Below, in pieces: positions 36,839-46,204 of a stretch of 64,000 bases of DNA; within the stretch, counting starts at the first letter, position 1; every line of letters begins with the position of its first letter. A program made the translations under genes and the position numbers. The notes beneath the pieces are model-generated. The model searched no databases. It was not told the origin of the DNA and worked only from the letters and a program-made list of their open reading frames with translations. This DNA is from Candidatus Poriferihabitaceae bacterium. Its GTDB lineage: Bacteria > Pseudomonadota > Gammaproteobacteria > Arenicellales > Poriferihabitantaceae. The stretch is from the NCBI GenBank assembly GCA_965204165.1, contig OZ241969.1, positions 498,910 to 562,909 on the forward strand, in the 5' to 3' direction.

Positions 36839-37483
36839 TCAGTGTTGCTGAACATTCAGATACTGGCTTTCCAGTTGCATGAACCGTTCTCCGAGCAGCC
36901 CCACGGCCCGGTAGAAATCCGCGTTGCGCGCCGATTTCAGTTCATGGAAAAACTTCTCGCCCCAGGGAAGGAGGTGGCGCAGGAAGAACCGGCGCTGCCG
37001 GAACCCCTCGACGTCATCCGATTCGATCAGGATCGACATGGTCTCGCAGATCGCGGCGATGTGATCCTCCGGTTCCTTGTGATCCCCGTTTGCCTCGAAA
37101 CCCAGCGAACGCAGGTCATCCCTGAGCTCACTGAGGGGCTTTTCCATCAGGAACCCGGTCAGGTGCCAGGATCCGTAGGGAACGATTTCGCCCCGGCCAA
37201 GGCCGATGAACAGGGCATGGAATTCATCATCCAGCCGGGCCGTGTCCGCCTCTTCGGCGGCGCGGCGCAATGCCAGCCAGGCCTCGCCGACATCCCCGGG
37301 GCTGTCGGCATCAGCCGGGTCATCGATATGGCAGAGATAGTCCAGCAGATCGCGGTCCGGGATATCGCTGAGCAGGGACGCCAGGACGGCATAGGTCGCG
37401 GCCCGCGCCTGATCCTCCTGTGCGATCAGGGCAGCCGTTTCGAGATTCCCGTTTTCAGTCGTCAAAGGCTGGACGGATTCCAA
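36839..37483 (-). CDS. TorD/DmsD-family redox enzyme maturation chaperone
   Basis: 214 aa with a TTG start preceded by GGGAG. ARAATYAVLASLL, DEFHALFIG and DHIAAICETM fit the TorD family. Confidence 0.75.
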   Translation of the reverse strand: MESVQPLTTENGNLETAALIAQEDQARAATYAVLASLLSDIPDRDLLDYLCHIDDPADADSPGDVGEAWLALRRAAEEADTARLDDEFHALFIGLGRGEIVPYGSWHLTGFLMEKPLSELRDDLRSLGFEANGDHKEPEDHIAAICETMSILIESDDVEGFRQRRFFLRHLLPWGEKFFHELKSARNADFYRAVGLLGERFMQLESQYLNVQQH

Positions 37484-37787
37484 TCAGGCGCTCCCAAGTG
37501 GTGTTCAGTACCAAGGAACCACCGGCCGTCCATTGGATGGATACGGCACGGTACGTTCCGGCGTATACCGTTTTTTGTTGTTTTGGTAGCGTAAAGATAT
37601 ACCCCGGGCATGTACGGTTCAAGCTTGCCGCCTTCACGTAAATTTCACCTGACCGGCAGGCCGCAGCAATAGCCCCGGCTTATGGTTATTGAAAACAAAG
37701 ACTTATCCCGGTTTTTCAGAACAGATGCAAAATTCACTGGCCGCCGCATAGAATTCCTTCCTGCCAAACAGGAAAAAAATGAAATAA

Positions 37788-39449
37788 TTATCCGATCATG
37801 TCCTTGCGATCATAGAGGTCGGCGACCCGGCAATCCTCGCACATCCGCAGTCGGTTCCGCTGCTCCGGCGTCTCGAACATCCAGTGGCCCGCCAGTTTTT
37901 CCATCATGCGATCGATCATCGCCACGGTGGCGAACGGCTTTCCGCAGGCAATGCACCGGAACGGCTCCTCCTCCTTCAGTGTGCGGCTCCTGGTCGCCGC
38001 ATCGTCCGGATCGAACCGCGGGTCCAGGGTCAGGGCGGCCTCCGGGCAGGCCCGGGTGCAGATCCCGCACTGGACGCAGTTGCTTTCGATGAAGCGCAGC
38101 GCCGGGGACTCCCCCCCGGCTTCGAGGGCATTGCCGGGGCAGACCGATACGCATCCCATGCACAGCGTGCAGGCCTCGGAATTCAGGATCACCTGCCCGA
38201 ACGGGCTGCCCGCCGGCAGGGGCGCCGGACCCGCCGCGGCCGCGCCCTGCACCATGTGCCGCAGCGCATTTCGCAGCATGCTTCGCTTGCCGCCCGCGGC
38301 CGCGAAGGTGGCGACGGCGTCCCGTTCGGTTTCCGCAGGGACGGACGCCAGCACCGGGTCCAGGGATTCGGTCAGGCGGACGATGCAGTGGTCAAGACCG
38401 GAGCCGCGCAGCACGGCCCGGATGAATTCCGCGGTCTCCTCGAGACTGCGGCGGACCTGCTCGGGAACCTCCGGATGGACATGGAGCCAGATGTCCCCGG
38501 CGCCGTAGGCCAGCGCGCAGGACAGCAGTTCCGGGCCCACCGAGCCGATTTCCTCCACCAGCAGTGGAATGACATGCTCCGGCAGCTCCTGCGCGGCGGC
38601 CGCCACCGTCTCCTCGCCGTGTTCCCTGTCGTAGACAAGCAGCGTGATCTCCCGGGGCCCGAGACGCTCCCGCAGGTCGCGGCAGACCCGCCGCAGGAAC
38701 TCCACCTGCTCCTCCACCGGCGGATAACGGTAGGTGATCGCCCCCGACGGGCAGCGGGCGGCACAGCTTCCGCCCCCCTGGCAAAGATAGGGGTTGACCT
38801 CAATCTGTTCGCCCACGGAGATGATCGCATCCGTCGGACAGGCCTCCAGGCAGCGGTTGCAGCCCTCGATGCCGCTGCGGCCATGGGCGCAGATGTCCGG
38901 GTCGTACTGGAAATAGCGGGGCTTCTCGAATTCGCCCACCAGTTCCCGCACCGCCTCGATCGCCTCGTCAAGCCTGCCGGGGTCGGCGCCGACGTGGTGG
39001 TAGCCCGGCGGCTTGATGGCGGCGCCGATCAGCGCCTCGGCGCCCGCGTCGATCACATGGTCGAAAAGGCCGTTGGGGATGCCCATCATCTGTCCGAGTC
39101 CGACCCGGTCCTCCTCACCCCCGTCCGGACCCGGAAGACTCGCGGTGAAACGGCCGAGGTATCCCTCCAGTGCAAGTCCGGGGGATTTCCAGGCATTGGG
39201 GGCGGCCAGGGGGCGGTCGTCCCCGCCAGTGACCGCGATGTAGCAGAGGAACCTGTCTCCCAGTGCGGCTTCCGCCTCGCGGCCCGGCGCCTCGTCCATG
39301 ACCAGCAGCACCCGGTTGGCCGCCACGTAGGCGACGCTGGTGGTCGGCGCGGGCGACCAGGGCGCCCCGGACAGCACCTCATGGCGGATTCGCCCGGCCT
39401 GTGTCTGCGCGGAAAGGTTGAGCCCGAGGGCTTCCATATAGCCTGTCAT
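37788..39449 (-). CDS. multi-cluster 4Fe-4S ferredoxin-domain protein (polyferredoxin)
   Basis: 553 aa with several CxxCxxCxxxCP motifs (CNRCLEACP, CTLCMGCVSVCP, CVQCGICTRACP) and a C-terminal Cys pair (CIACG...CEDC). Confidence 0.8.
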   Translation of the reverse strand: MTGYMEALGLNLSAQTQAGRIRHEVLSGAPWSPAPTTSVAYVAANRVLLVMDEAPGREAEAALGDRFLCYIAVTGGDDRPLAAPNAWKSPGLALEGYLGRFTASLPGPDGGEEDRVGLGQMMGIPNGLFDHVIDAGAEALIGAAIKPPGYHHVGADPGRLDEAIEAVRELVGEFEKPRYFQYDPDICAHGRSGIEGCNRCLEACPTDAIISVGEQIEVNPYLCQGGGSCAARCPSGAITYRYPPVEEQVEFLRRVCRDLRERLGPREITLLVYDREHGEETVAAAAQELPEHVIPLLVEEIGSVGPELLSCALAYGAGDIWLHVHPEVPEQVRRSLEETAEFIRAVLRGSGLDHCIVRLTESLDPVLASVPAETERDAVATFAAAGGKRSMLRNALRHMVQGAAAAGPAPLPAGSPFGQVILNSEACTLCMGCVSVCPGNALEAGGESPALRFIESNCVQCGICTRACPEAALTLDPRFDPDDAATRSRTLKEEEPFRCIACGKPFATVAMIDRMMEKLAGHWMFETPEQRNRLRMCEDCRVADLYDRKDMIG

Positions 39450-39479
39450 GTCAGGATTCTCCTCCGGGCGGGCCCATGC

Positions 39480-40148
39480 TCATGCGGGAGTGTTCGATCC
39501 GCCGTCGGCATCCTCGGGATCGTCCCCCGCATCCAGGTCCGGTGCGGCATCCGCGTTCGAGGCCACTTCCGTCGGCGCGTCCCCGGGCGCCGGTTCGGGC
39601 GACTCCCGCGGCTCTTCGGACTCCGCCGACGCGAGCCGTTCCCGCTCCTCGGCTTCCAGACGGCGCTTTTCCGCCACCTCGGCCTGGTGCTTCATGTCGG
39701 AGGTGACCATGTCGCCCAGCCCCTCGAACTGGGTGAAATCCTCGTCGTAGTCATCCAGGCCGTCGCGCACGTTGAAAACCGCCGCGGTAAACAGCTTGCG
39801 CATCGCCCGCCTGCGCAACTTTTCGCTGACGCCGGGGGACAGGAATCCGGAATAGTCGCTGTGCTCGTCGAGCGACTCCAGGGCGGGCATGTCCGCGTCC
39901 GTCAGCACCGGCGCATCGGCCTCGGCTTCCTCACGGGACGACTTCAGCCGGTCGGCTTCCACGGTGGTCCGCATGCGCCCGGGGCTGTCCTCGGGTACGA
40001 TGGTATTGAGGGGCAGCGCCTCCTCGCCATCGGCCCGGTCGTCCCCCGGTTCACCCCGGGTCTCCCGGTCGCCGGAGCGCTTGCGGTCCGACCACCGCCT
40101 GAGGAAGCCCTCCTCCTGGTCCGCATCCAGGTCGGGTCGCCTGCTCAT
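39480..40148 (-). CDS. DUF3306 family protein
   Basis: The N-terminal EEGFLRRWSDRKR signature and acidic low-complexity body are as I recall for DUF3306, and the FDH-linked context fits. Confidence 0.6.
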   Translation of the reverse strand: MSRRPDLDADQEEGFLRRWSDRKRSGDRETRGEPGDDRADGEEALPLNTIVPEDSPGRMRTTVEADRLKSSREEAEADAPVLTDADMPALESLDEHSDYSGFLSPGVSEKLRRRAMRKLFTAAVFNVRDGLDDYDEDFTQFEGLGDMVTSDMKHQAEVAEKRRLEAEERERLASAESEEPRESPEPAPGDAPTEVASNADAAPDLDAGDDPEDADGGSNTPA

Positions 40149-40684
40149 TGCACCCCATCCCCGGCGTCCCCGTCACGGGAGGCGGCATAGAGCGAGTCCT
40201 CCAGCCAGTCACGCCGCTTGCGCTTGCGCTTGATCTGCGGCTGGTAGTGACTGATCACGTAGCGCTCGAGCAGTTCCGTGATCTCCTCGGGCATGGGCGC
40301 CGACAGGACCATGTCGTCGGCTTCCATGTGACCGCTTGCCTCGTCCTGGTTGGCGGTCACCAGCATCGGGCGGATTTCCCGGGCACCGTATTCGCCTTCA
40401 CAGACCACGAACAGGTGGGGCTTGTCGGACAACAGGTTGTACCAGTAGCCCTCGCCGCCGTCCTTGTAGAGGTCCAGGGTGAATCCCGTGTGGATGAACC
40501 GGCTCGTGTTCCCGTCCACCTCGACCACGCTGTCCCCGCCAAGCGCCGTGATTCCCTCTCCGGTCAGGATCCCGTGGACCCGCCAGACGGGATAGCCCCA
40601 TTTTTTCTCGGGATCGATCCGGCGCTCCAGCACCACGGCAACGGGCACGGAGATTCTCGAGCCGGGCCCGGCCCGCTCCCCCAT
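40145..40684 (-). CDS. DUF3305 family protein
   Basis: Start moved to ATG 40684 (MGERAGPGSRISVPVAVVLERR...). LDLYKDGGEGYWYNLLSDKPHLFVV and the C-terminal KRKRKRRDW tail fit DUF3305. It overlaps the DUF3306 start by 4 nt. Confidence 0.6.
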   Translation of the reverse strand: MGERAGPGSRISVPVAVVLERRIDPEKKWGYPVWRVHGILTGEGITALGGDSVVEVDGNTSRFIHTGFTLDLYKDGGEGYWYNLLSDKPHLFVVCEGEYGAREIRPMLVTANQDEASGHMEADDMVLSAPMPEEITELLERYVISHYQPQIKRKRKRRDWLEDSLYAASRDGDAGDGVQ

Positions 40685-40727
40685 CCCCTGCCCGTGGACG
40701 GTTCCGGTCACGCCGCTCAGGCCCCGG

Positions 40728-40937
40728 TCATTCCTCGATCTCGAGGGTATCCACCACGTCGACATCCAGGCCAAGCTGGCGGATGGAAAGCGACATGGTG
40801 GCTTCCAGGCGGTCCCCGTTCCGAACGGTTCCGGCACGGATGCCATCGCGGACCGCCTGTTCGATGGCACGTTGGGAGGTAATGCCGGTTTTCTTGAGGA
40901 ATTTTCTGATCTGGATGTTGAGCGCGTCTTCGTTCAT
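40728..40937 (-). CDS. small conserved-looking protein (69 aa)
   Basis: MNEDALNIQIRKFLKKTGITSQRAIEQAVRDGIRAG... has a balanced composition, unlike the overlapping Arg/Pro-rich shadow ORFs. I tentatively recall similar small DUF proteins. Confidence 0.45.
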   Translation of the reverse strand: MNEDALNIQIRKFLKKTGITSQRAIEQAVRDGIRAGTVRNGDRLEATMSLSIRQLGLDVDVVDTLEIEE

Positions 40938-41193
40938 GGATCGTCGGCCTGCCTGGTCGTGCCGGAAAGCATAGATGGAATGGTCCCCGAATTACAATAG
41001 CGCACCGTTCCCCGGCCCGGCCCCGGCGGGCGGGCTCCGTCCCGCCGGAAGGGGGTGCGGCATCCGGCTGCCACGGGACGGGCCTGCCGGGAATCTTCCG
41101 CCGCCCGCCATAGTCGGATAATATCACCGCTTGAGTTTCGCCGCCGAAACACCCACTTTCATCCCTTTCCCGACGAATTCACCCGACTCTCCC

Positions 41194-42066
41194 ATGGCCA
41201 CGGCACCCGGCATCAAGAACACCACGGCCCCGTCCCCGGCGGGCCGGCCGCGTCTCAGCGACGCCGGGCTGGAGTCGATCCACCGGGTGGCGGCGCTGGA
41301 CCAGTTCGGCACGAGCCGGGACATCAACATCGTGGGAGAAGTCCCCCTGACCATCAAGGTGGACGGCCAGGAGCTGGTGACCCTGATGACCCTCGGCGCG
41401 CGGCCAGAGATGCTGGTGCTGGGCTACCTGCGGAACCAGACCCTGTTCGACGACCCCGCCGAGATCCGCTCGGTCACGGTGAACTGGGACCGGGAGGTTG
41501 CCGAGGTGGAAACCCGGGAGGGCAAGGGCATCACCGGCGTCGACACCAGCAAGCGCACGGTGACCACGGGCTGCGGCCAGGGAACGATCCTCAGCTGCAC
41601 CCTGGACAAGCTGTACGACCATCGCCTGCCGCCGACGGAAATCCGGCAGTCGGACATTTACGACATGCTGGGCAAGATCCGGGACCACAACAAGACTTAC
41701 CGCGCCGCGGGCTCGGTGCACGGATGCGGGTTGTGCCTGGGCGGGGAGATCCTGACATTCGTCGAGGACGTGGGCCGGCACAACGCCATGGACACGATCT
41801 CGGGTGAGATGTGGCTGGACAACATCAGCGGCCAGGACAAGATTTTCTACACCACCGGGCGGCTGACATCGGAAATCGTCATGAAGGCGGCGCTGATGGG
41901 CATCCCGGTGCTGGTATCCCGCAACGGCACCACCCACATGGGCTTCGAACTGGCGGAAGAACTGGGCGTCACCCTCATCGCCCGCGCCAAGAGCCGGCAT
42001 TTCGTGGCCCTCAATTCGCACAACCTCGTCTTCGACGCCGTCCCGAAGCAGGTGCGCTTCGATTAA
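41194..42066 (+). CDS. fdhD: formate dehydrogenase accessory sulfurtransferase FdhD
   Basis: GCGLCLGGEIL (catalytic Cys loop), EDVGRHNAMD and GRLTSEIVMKAALMGIPVLVSR are present. ATG 41194 is preferred over the track start 41131, which is a TTG. A GATAAT/TAATAT -10 candidate lies at 41117-41124. Confidence 0.85.
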   Translation: MATAPGIKNTTAPSPAGRPRLSDAGLESIHRVAALDQFGTSRDINIVGEVPLTIKVDGQELVTLMTLGARPEMLVLGYLRNQTLFDDPAEIRSVTVNWDREVAEVETREGKGITGVDTSKRTVTTGCGQGTILSCTLDKLYDHRLPPTEIRQSDIYDMLGKIRDHNKTYRAAGSVHGCGLCLGGEILTFVEDVGRHNAMDTISGEMWLDNISGQDKIFYTTGRLTSEIVMKAALMGIPVLVSRNGTTHMGFELAEELGVTLIARAKSRHFVALNSHNLVFDAVPKQVRFD

Positions 42067-42245
42067 CCCCTCAGGCTGGCGCCGCCGGCCGGGTCAGCAG
42101 TCGTCGAGCGGGAACCGCAAGCGCCGCCTAAAAACTGTTGGATAACACGACTCCCCGGATTCCTGTCAACAGTTTCGTTGACAACAAAATCGTTGAACAT
42201 GCTCTGGCAGTGAACTTCGATCCGCGGATCGGCAGATGCTCGGGT

Positions 42246-42953
42246 CTAACCATGCAGGGCGCCCCGGGGCATGGTCAGCCCCGTGAAGATGGCAATGCCA
42301 AACAGCATGATCAGCGATCCCGCCACCCTGCGCACCATGGGCCGGCGCATGGGTCCCCCCTCGCCGCCCAGCAGGCCCACGGCGGCAACCGCCGGCAGCG
42401 TGCCGAGGCCGAAGGCGCCCATGGCCACGGCGCCGGTCAGGGGCCTGCCGCTCGCCAGCACCAGCGCCAGGGCCGAATAGACCAGACCGCAGGGCAGCCA
42501 GCCCCAGATCATGCCCGCGGCAAAGGCGCGGCCGTAGCCGTCGACGGGCAGCAGGTGCCTGGTCAGCGGCGAGAGCCGCCGCCACAGCTGCATGCCGATG
42601 CGTTCCACCGGCGCCAGTGCGTTCCCCCATCCCGTGAGATACAGGCCGAGGAGGATCATGAACAGACCGCTGACGACCTGCGCCAGGGCGCGGCCGGTCT
42701 CCGCACCGAGCATGGCCAGCAGGGTGACGCCCGCCAGCGCGGCAATGGCGCCGGCAACCGCGTAGCTGCCGATCCGTCCGCCGTTATAGGCGAGCGTCAT
42801 CAGCCAGCGCCGGCGGGGCATCCGGTTGGCGGACACGGAAACCGTCGCGGCATGCAGCATGCCGGCGATGCCGCCGCACATGCCCACGCAGTGCAGGGAT
42901 CCCAGGAGACCGAGCAGGAAGGCGCTGGCGATGATGAGGATGTCCGGCGTCAC
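42246..42953 (-). CDS. TauE/SafE-like (DsbD_2-type) membrane protein commonly linked to ccoGHIS
   Basis: 235 aa and polytopic, with an N-terminal GSLHCVGMCGG motif. Its start overlaps the ccoH stop by 4 nt. Confidence 0.65.
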   Translation of the reverse strand: MTPDILIIASAFLLGLLGSLHCVGMCGGIAGMLHAATVSVSANRMPRRRWLMTLAYNGGRIGSYAVAGAIAALAGVTLLAMLGAETGRALAQVVSGLFMILLGLYLTGWGNALAPVERIGMQLWRRLSPLTRHLLPVDGYGRAFAAGMIWGWLPCGLVYSALALVLASGRPLTGAVAMGAFGLGTLPAVAAVGLLGGEGGPMRRPMVRRVAGSLIMLFGIAIFTGLTMPRGALHG

Positions 42954-43453
42954 GGGCTGCCGAGTTCGACGACATCGTCACCGGGCCGTTCCAGGTACCC
43001 GGTCACCCGCCAGCGCGCGGTTTCCAGCTGGATCACCCAGCGGCCGGCGGCGGCCCCGTCGAGCTGTCCGCGGTAACGGCCGTCCGGCCCCGCGGTAAGC
43101 AGGACGGACCGGTCCAGGCCGGAACGGGTCCGGTGCAGCAGCCTGAGCATCAGGGTTTGCGGCACCGCCAGGCGGCCGTCGTGGCTGAGGTCGAGGACCA
43201 GCTCGTCGGCCGCGACCCGCAGCCTGGCGGCAACGGCGTGCCGCGCCGCCAGCTGGTCCCTTGCCAGCACCCGGTTGATCTCCTTGCCGCGCTTGTAATA
43301 GTCGTCCTCGACCAGGCCGTCGTAGTGCCGGATGGACAGGCCCAGCAGCATGAACCCCACGAGCACCGCGGTGGCGGGGATGGCGATGACCATCCACACC
43401 ATGGGCTCGCGGTACCAGCGGCGGACAGGCGGGTTGTCGGATTCCCGGATCAC
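42950..43453 (-). CDS. ccoH: cbb3 oxidase assembly protein CcoH/FixH
   Basis: 167 aa with WYREPMVWMVIAIP followed by a single TM, in the FixH pattern. It overlaps the ccoG stop by 4 nt. Confidence 0.75.
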   Translation of the reverse strand: MIRESDNPPVRRWYREPMVWMVIAIPATAVLVGFMLLGLSIRHYDGLVEDDYYKRGKEINRVLARDQLAARHAVAARLRVAADELVLDLSHDGRLAVPQTLMLRLLHRTRSGLDRSVLLTAGPDGRYRGQLDGAAAGRWVIQLETARWRVTGYLERPGDDVVELGSP

Positions 43454-44829
43454 CGCGGCCTCAGGAAGCTGGCCTCATCCTCATTGGCGATGCGCGGATC
43501 ATCCTCCGCGGTCACCCGGAACAGGATGTTCGTGGACGGCCGCTCGAGATTGACCGGATCGATCCGTACACTGGCGGTGACGTTCCCCACGCTGCCGGAC
43601 GGAATCTCGCGGTCGGCGTCCGCGTCGACCTGCATCCCCGGCAGGCCCTCCGCCTCGATCCGGAAGCGGTGCCCATCCCCGTGCTTGTTGAGGATCTTCA
43701 GGGTATAGATGTTTTCCACCAGCCCGCTGTCGGTGACACGGTACAGCACGTTGCGGTCCCGGATGATGTCGAGTTCCACCGGGGCGCGGCTGATCAGGCC
43801 GTAGATCAGCGCGCCGGTCACGGCCAGCAGCACGGCGCCGTAGATGACCACCCTGGGCCGGAACAGCCGGGTGGCCCCGGATTCCAGGGCATTCAGCGTG
43901 GTATACCGGACCAGGCCCTTGGGATAGGACATCTTCTCCATGACCTGGTCGCAGATGTCCACGCAGGCGGCACAGCCGATGCACTGGTATTGCAGGCCTT
44001 CGCGGATGTCGATCCCTGTCGGGCAGACCTGGACGCACAGCGTGCAGTCGATGCAGCTGCCGAGACCCTTTTGTGCCGGGTCGTCGCCGCGGCGGCGATG
44101 TCCGCGCGGCTCGCCGCGCTTCTCGTCGTAGGAGATGATCAGCGTGTTCCGGTCGAACATCGCGCTCTGGAACCGCGCGTAGGGACACATGTAGATGCAG
44201 ACCTGCTCGCGCATCCAGCCCGCGTTGCCGTAGGTGGCGAAGCTGTAGAACAGGACCCAGAACGTCTCCCAGGGACCGGTGGACAGGTTCAGGATCTTGT
44301 CCCCCAGTTCCAGGATCGGCGTGAAATAGCCGACGAAGGTATAGCCGGTCCAGAGGGAAAGCAGGATCCAGGCCGCGTGCTTGGTGAACCGGAGGCGGAA
44401 CTTGCGCGCGTCCATCGGCGAGTTGTCCAGCCTGATGCGCCGGTTCCGGTCGCCCTCGATGCGATGCTCGATCCACATGAACACCTCGGTCCAGACCGTC
44501 TGGGGACAGGCATAGCCGCACCACAGGCGCCCGGCGATGGCGGTGAAGAAGAACAGTGACAGGGCGGCGACGATGAGCAGTCCGGCCAGGTAGATGAAGT
44601 CCTGGGGCCACAGCACCAGGCCGAAGACGTAGAACTTGCGCGCGGGCAGATCGAACAGCACCGCCTGGCGGCCGTCCCAGGGAATCCAGGGAACGAGGTA
44701 GTACAGCCCGAGGAGCGCCAGTACGGCGGCCACGCGCAGGCGGGCGAACATCCCCGTGACCTGCCTCGGATGGATAGCCTGGCGCTTCTCGTAAAGCTCC
44801 TGCTGCAGCGTCTGGGCTCCGCCGGCCAT
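43450..44829 (-). CDS. ccoG: cbb3 oxidase accessory protein CcoG/FixG (4Fe-4S)
   Basis: 459 aa with TM segments, CGYACPQ, CIDCTLCVQVCP and CIGCAACVDIC. Confidence 0.9.
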   Translation of the reverse strand: MAGGAQTLQQELYEKRQAIHPRQVTGMFARLRVAAVLALLGLYYLVPWIPWDGRQAVLFDLPARKFYVFGLVLWPQDFIYLAGLLIVAALSLFFFTAIAGRLWCGYACPQTVWTEVFMWIEHRIEGDRNRRIRLDNSPMDARKFRLRFTKHAAWILLSLWTGYTFVGYFTPILELGDKILNLSTGPWETFWVLFYSFATYGNAGWMREQVCIYMCPYARFQSAMFDRNTLIISYDEKRGEPRGHRRRGDDPAQKGLGSCIDCTLCVQVCPTGIDIREGLQYQCIGCAACVDICDQVMEKMSYPKGLVRYTTLNALESGATRLFRPRVVIYGAVLLAVTGALIYGLISRAPVELDIIRDRNVLYRVTDSGLVENIYTLKILNKHGDGHRFRIEAEGLPGMQVDADADREIPSGSVGNVTASVRIDPVNLERPSTNILFRVTAEDDPRIANEDEASFLRPR

Positions 44830-45110
44830 CAGGGGTGCGGCTCCCCGGAACGGTTCCGCCCGCCGCCGGGCTCCGGCGTGCAGAGGATGTAGATGGCGAA
44901 GAACGCGGCGACGATGCCGGCGGCCCAGAAATACAGGAACGCGAGGGTGTACCCGGCGAGGCGGGTGGCGGACTCCACGCCCACCTCGTCCATCAGCACC
45001 CAGGGATCAACGAAGGCGAACAGGACCCCCGTGAACGCGCCGGCCACGAGAAACGGCGGCCAGAGGACCGCGATCAGCGCCTTGCGTCGGTTCTTGCGCG
45101 TCCATTCCAT
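44829..45110 (-). CDS. small integral membrane protein (93 aa) between ccoP and ccoG
   Basis: ATG start with three hydrophobic segments. Its stop shares one nt with the ccoG start. No family recognised. Confidence 0.45.
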   Translation of the reverse strand: MEWTRKNRRKALIAVLWPPFLVAGAFTGVLFAFVDPWVLMDEVGVESATRLAGYTLAFLYFWAAGIVAAFFAIYILCTPEPGGGRNRSGEPHP

Positions 45111-45119
45111 GTGAACAGG

Positions 45120-46013
45120 CTACTCCCTGATGCTGCTGAGATAGGCCGTCAGCAGGTGAATCCGGCTTTCGTCAAGCAGTTCGCCGAAGGGGGGCATGAC
45201 GCCGATGCGCCCCTGCCCCACGGAATGGCGGATGGCGCCCAGGGAGCCCCCGTAGAGCCAGACCCCGTCCGTGAGGTCGGGCGCGCCGAGTACCGGGTTG
45301 CCCTTGCCCTCGGGACCGTGGCAGGCCAGGCAAAGGGTGTCGTAGTGCTGCTTGCCCGGCTCGACGAAACTCGGGTTCAACGGATCGCGGGTCATGGCAT
45401 ACACGTATTCCGACACCTGCTCCACGCCTTCCGGCCCGATCGCGGCCGCCCATCCGGGCATCACCGCCGTGCGGCCGGCCGCAATGGTGGTCTTGACCTC
45501 GGCGTCGCCGCCGCCCCAGATCCACTCGTGGTCCCGCAGGTTGGGAAACCCGGTGGCACCCCGGGCATCGGCCCCGTGGCAGATGGCGCAGTTGGTGGAG
45601 AACAGACGCTTCGCGGTGCCCATGGCGTCGGCGTTCCCGGCAAGCTCATCGAGCGGGGTGGCCAGGTAGGCATCATAGAGCGGCTTGAAGGACGCCTCCG
45701 CGGCCCTGACCTCGTTGTCGTACCGGTCCTTGGACGTCCAGCCGAGCAGGCCGGCGAAGCTTCCGAGCCCGGGATACAGCAGCAGGTACACTGCACTGAA
45801 GACCAGGGTGATGTAGAACATGTTGAGCCACCACTTCGGCAGCGGATTGTTGTATTCCTTCAGGTCCTCGTCCCAGACATGCCCCATGGTCTCGGCCTCC
45901 CCCGACTTCGGCGTCGTGGTGTTGGCAACCATCAGGACGACGCAGAAGACCAGGCCGAGCACCGTCGGGACGATGATGAACCAGCTCCAGAATTCACTCA
46001 CGAAATCGGACAT
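45120..46013 (-). CDS. ccoP: cbb3-type cytochrome c oxidase subunit III (dihaem c)
   Basis: 297 aa with an N-terminal TM and two CxxCH motifs (CAICHG, CLACHG). Confidence 0.9.
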   Translation of the reverse strand: MSDFVSEFWSWFIIVPTVLGLVFCVVLMVANTTTPKSGEAETMGHVWDEDLKEYNNPLPKWWLNMFYITLVFSAVYLLLYPGLGSFAGLLGWTSKDRYDNEVRAAEASFKPLYDAYLATPLDELAGNADAMGTAKRLFSTNCAICHGADARGATGFPNLRDHEWIWGGGDAEVKTTIAAGRTAVMPGWAAAIGPEGVEQVSEYVYAMTRDPLNPSFVEPGKQHYDTLCLACHGPEGKGNPVLGAPDLTDGVWLYGGSLGAIRHSVGQGRIGVMPPFGELLDESRIHLLTAYLSSIRE

Positions 46014-46015
46014 AG

Positions 46016-46192
46016 TCAGCCTCGCTTGAATGTGTGATCGTTATCGCCCGGGTCCGCGGGATCGTTGTCGTCATCCAGGGGCAGGTTGGCGGCCTCGGCG
46101 AAATCCTTCTTTCGCCGGCCGCTCCAGGCCCAGGCGAAGATCCCCAGGAATACCAGGAAAAGCGCGATGGTCCAGAAGATATGGAAAGTCAT
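46016..46192 (-). CDS. ccoQ: cbb3-type cytochrome c oxidase subunit CcoQ
   Basis: My own translation gives MTFHIFWTIALFLVFLGIFAWAWSGRRKKDFAEAANLPLDDDNDPADPGDNDHTFKRG (58 aa), with a GGAGG SD. At 58 aa it is shorter than the shortest ORFs (60 aa) listed in the track. It sits in the classical position between ccoO and ccoP. Confidence 0.7.
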   Translation of the reverse strand: MTFHIFWTIALFLVFLGIFAWAWSGRRKKDFAEAANLPLDDDNDPADPGDNDHTFKRG

Positions 46193-46204
46193 GCCGTCAC
46201 CTCC

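Noticed and set aside
40145-41127. Longer starts for the DUF3305 ORF (40870) and the 136-aa ORF 40717-41127
   Set aside because: Both overlap the better-looking 69-aa gene (40728-40937) and have Arg/Pro-rich extensions. ATG 40684 gives a compact protein beginning just before the conserved core.
42164-42183. Inverted repeat TGTCAAC-N6-GTTGACA, plus the palindrome CGATCCGCGGATCG at 42217-42230, between convergent fdhD and the tauE-like gene
   Set aside because: Neither has a U-tract or matches any operator consensus I know (not TTGAT-N4-ATCAA). Their location between two gene ends gives no obvious regulatory target. They may be weak terminator elements.
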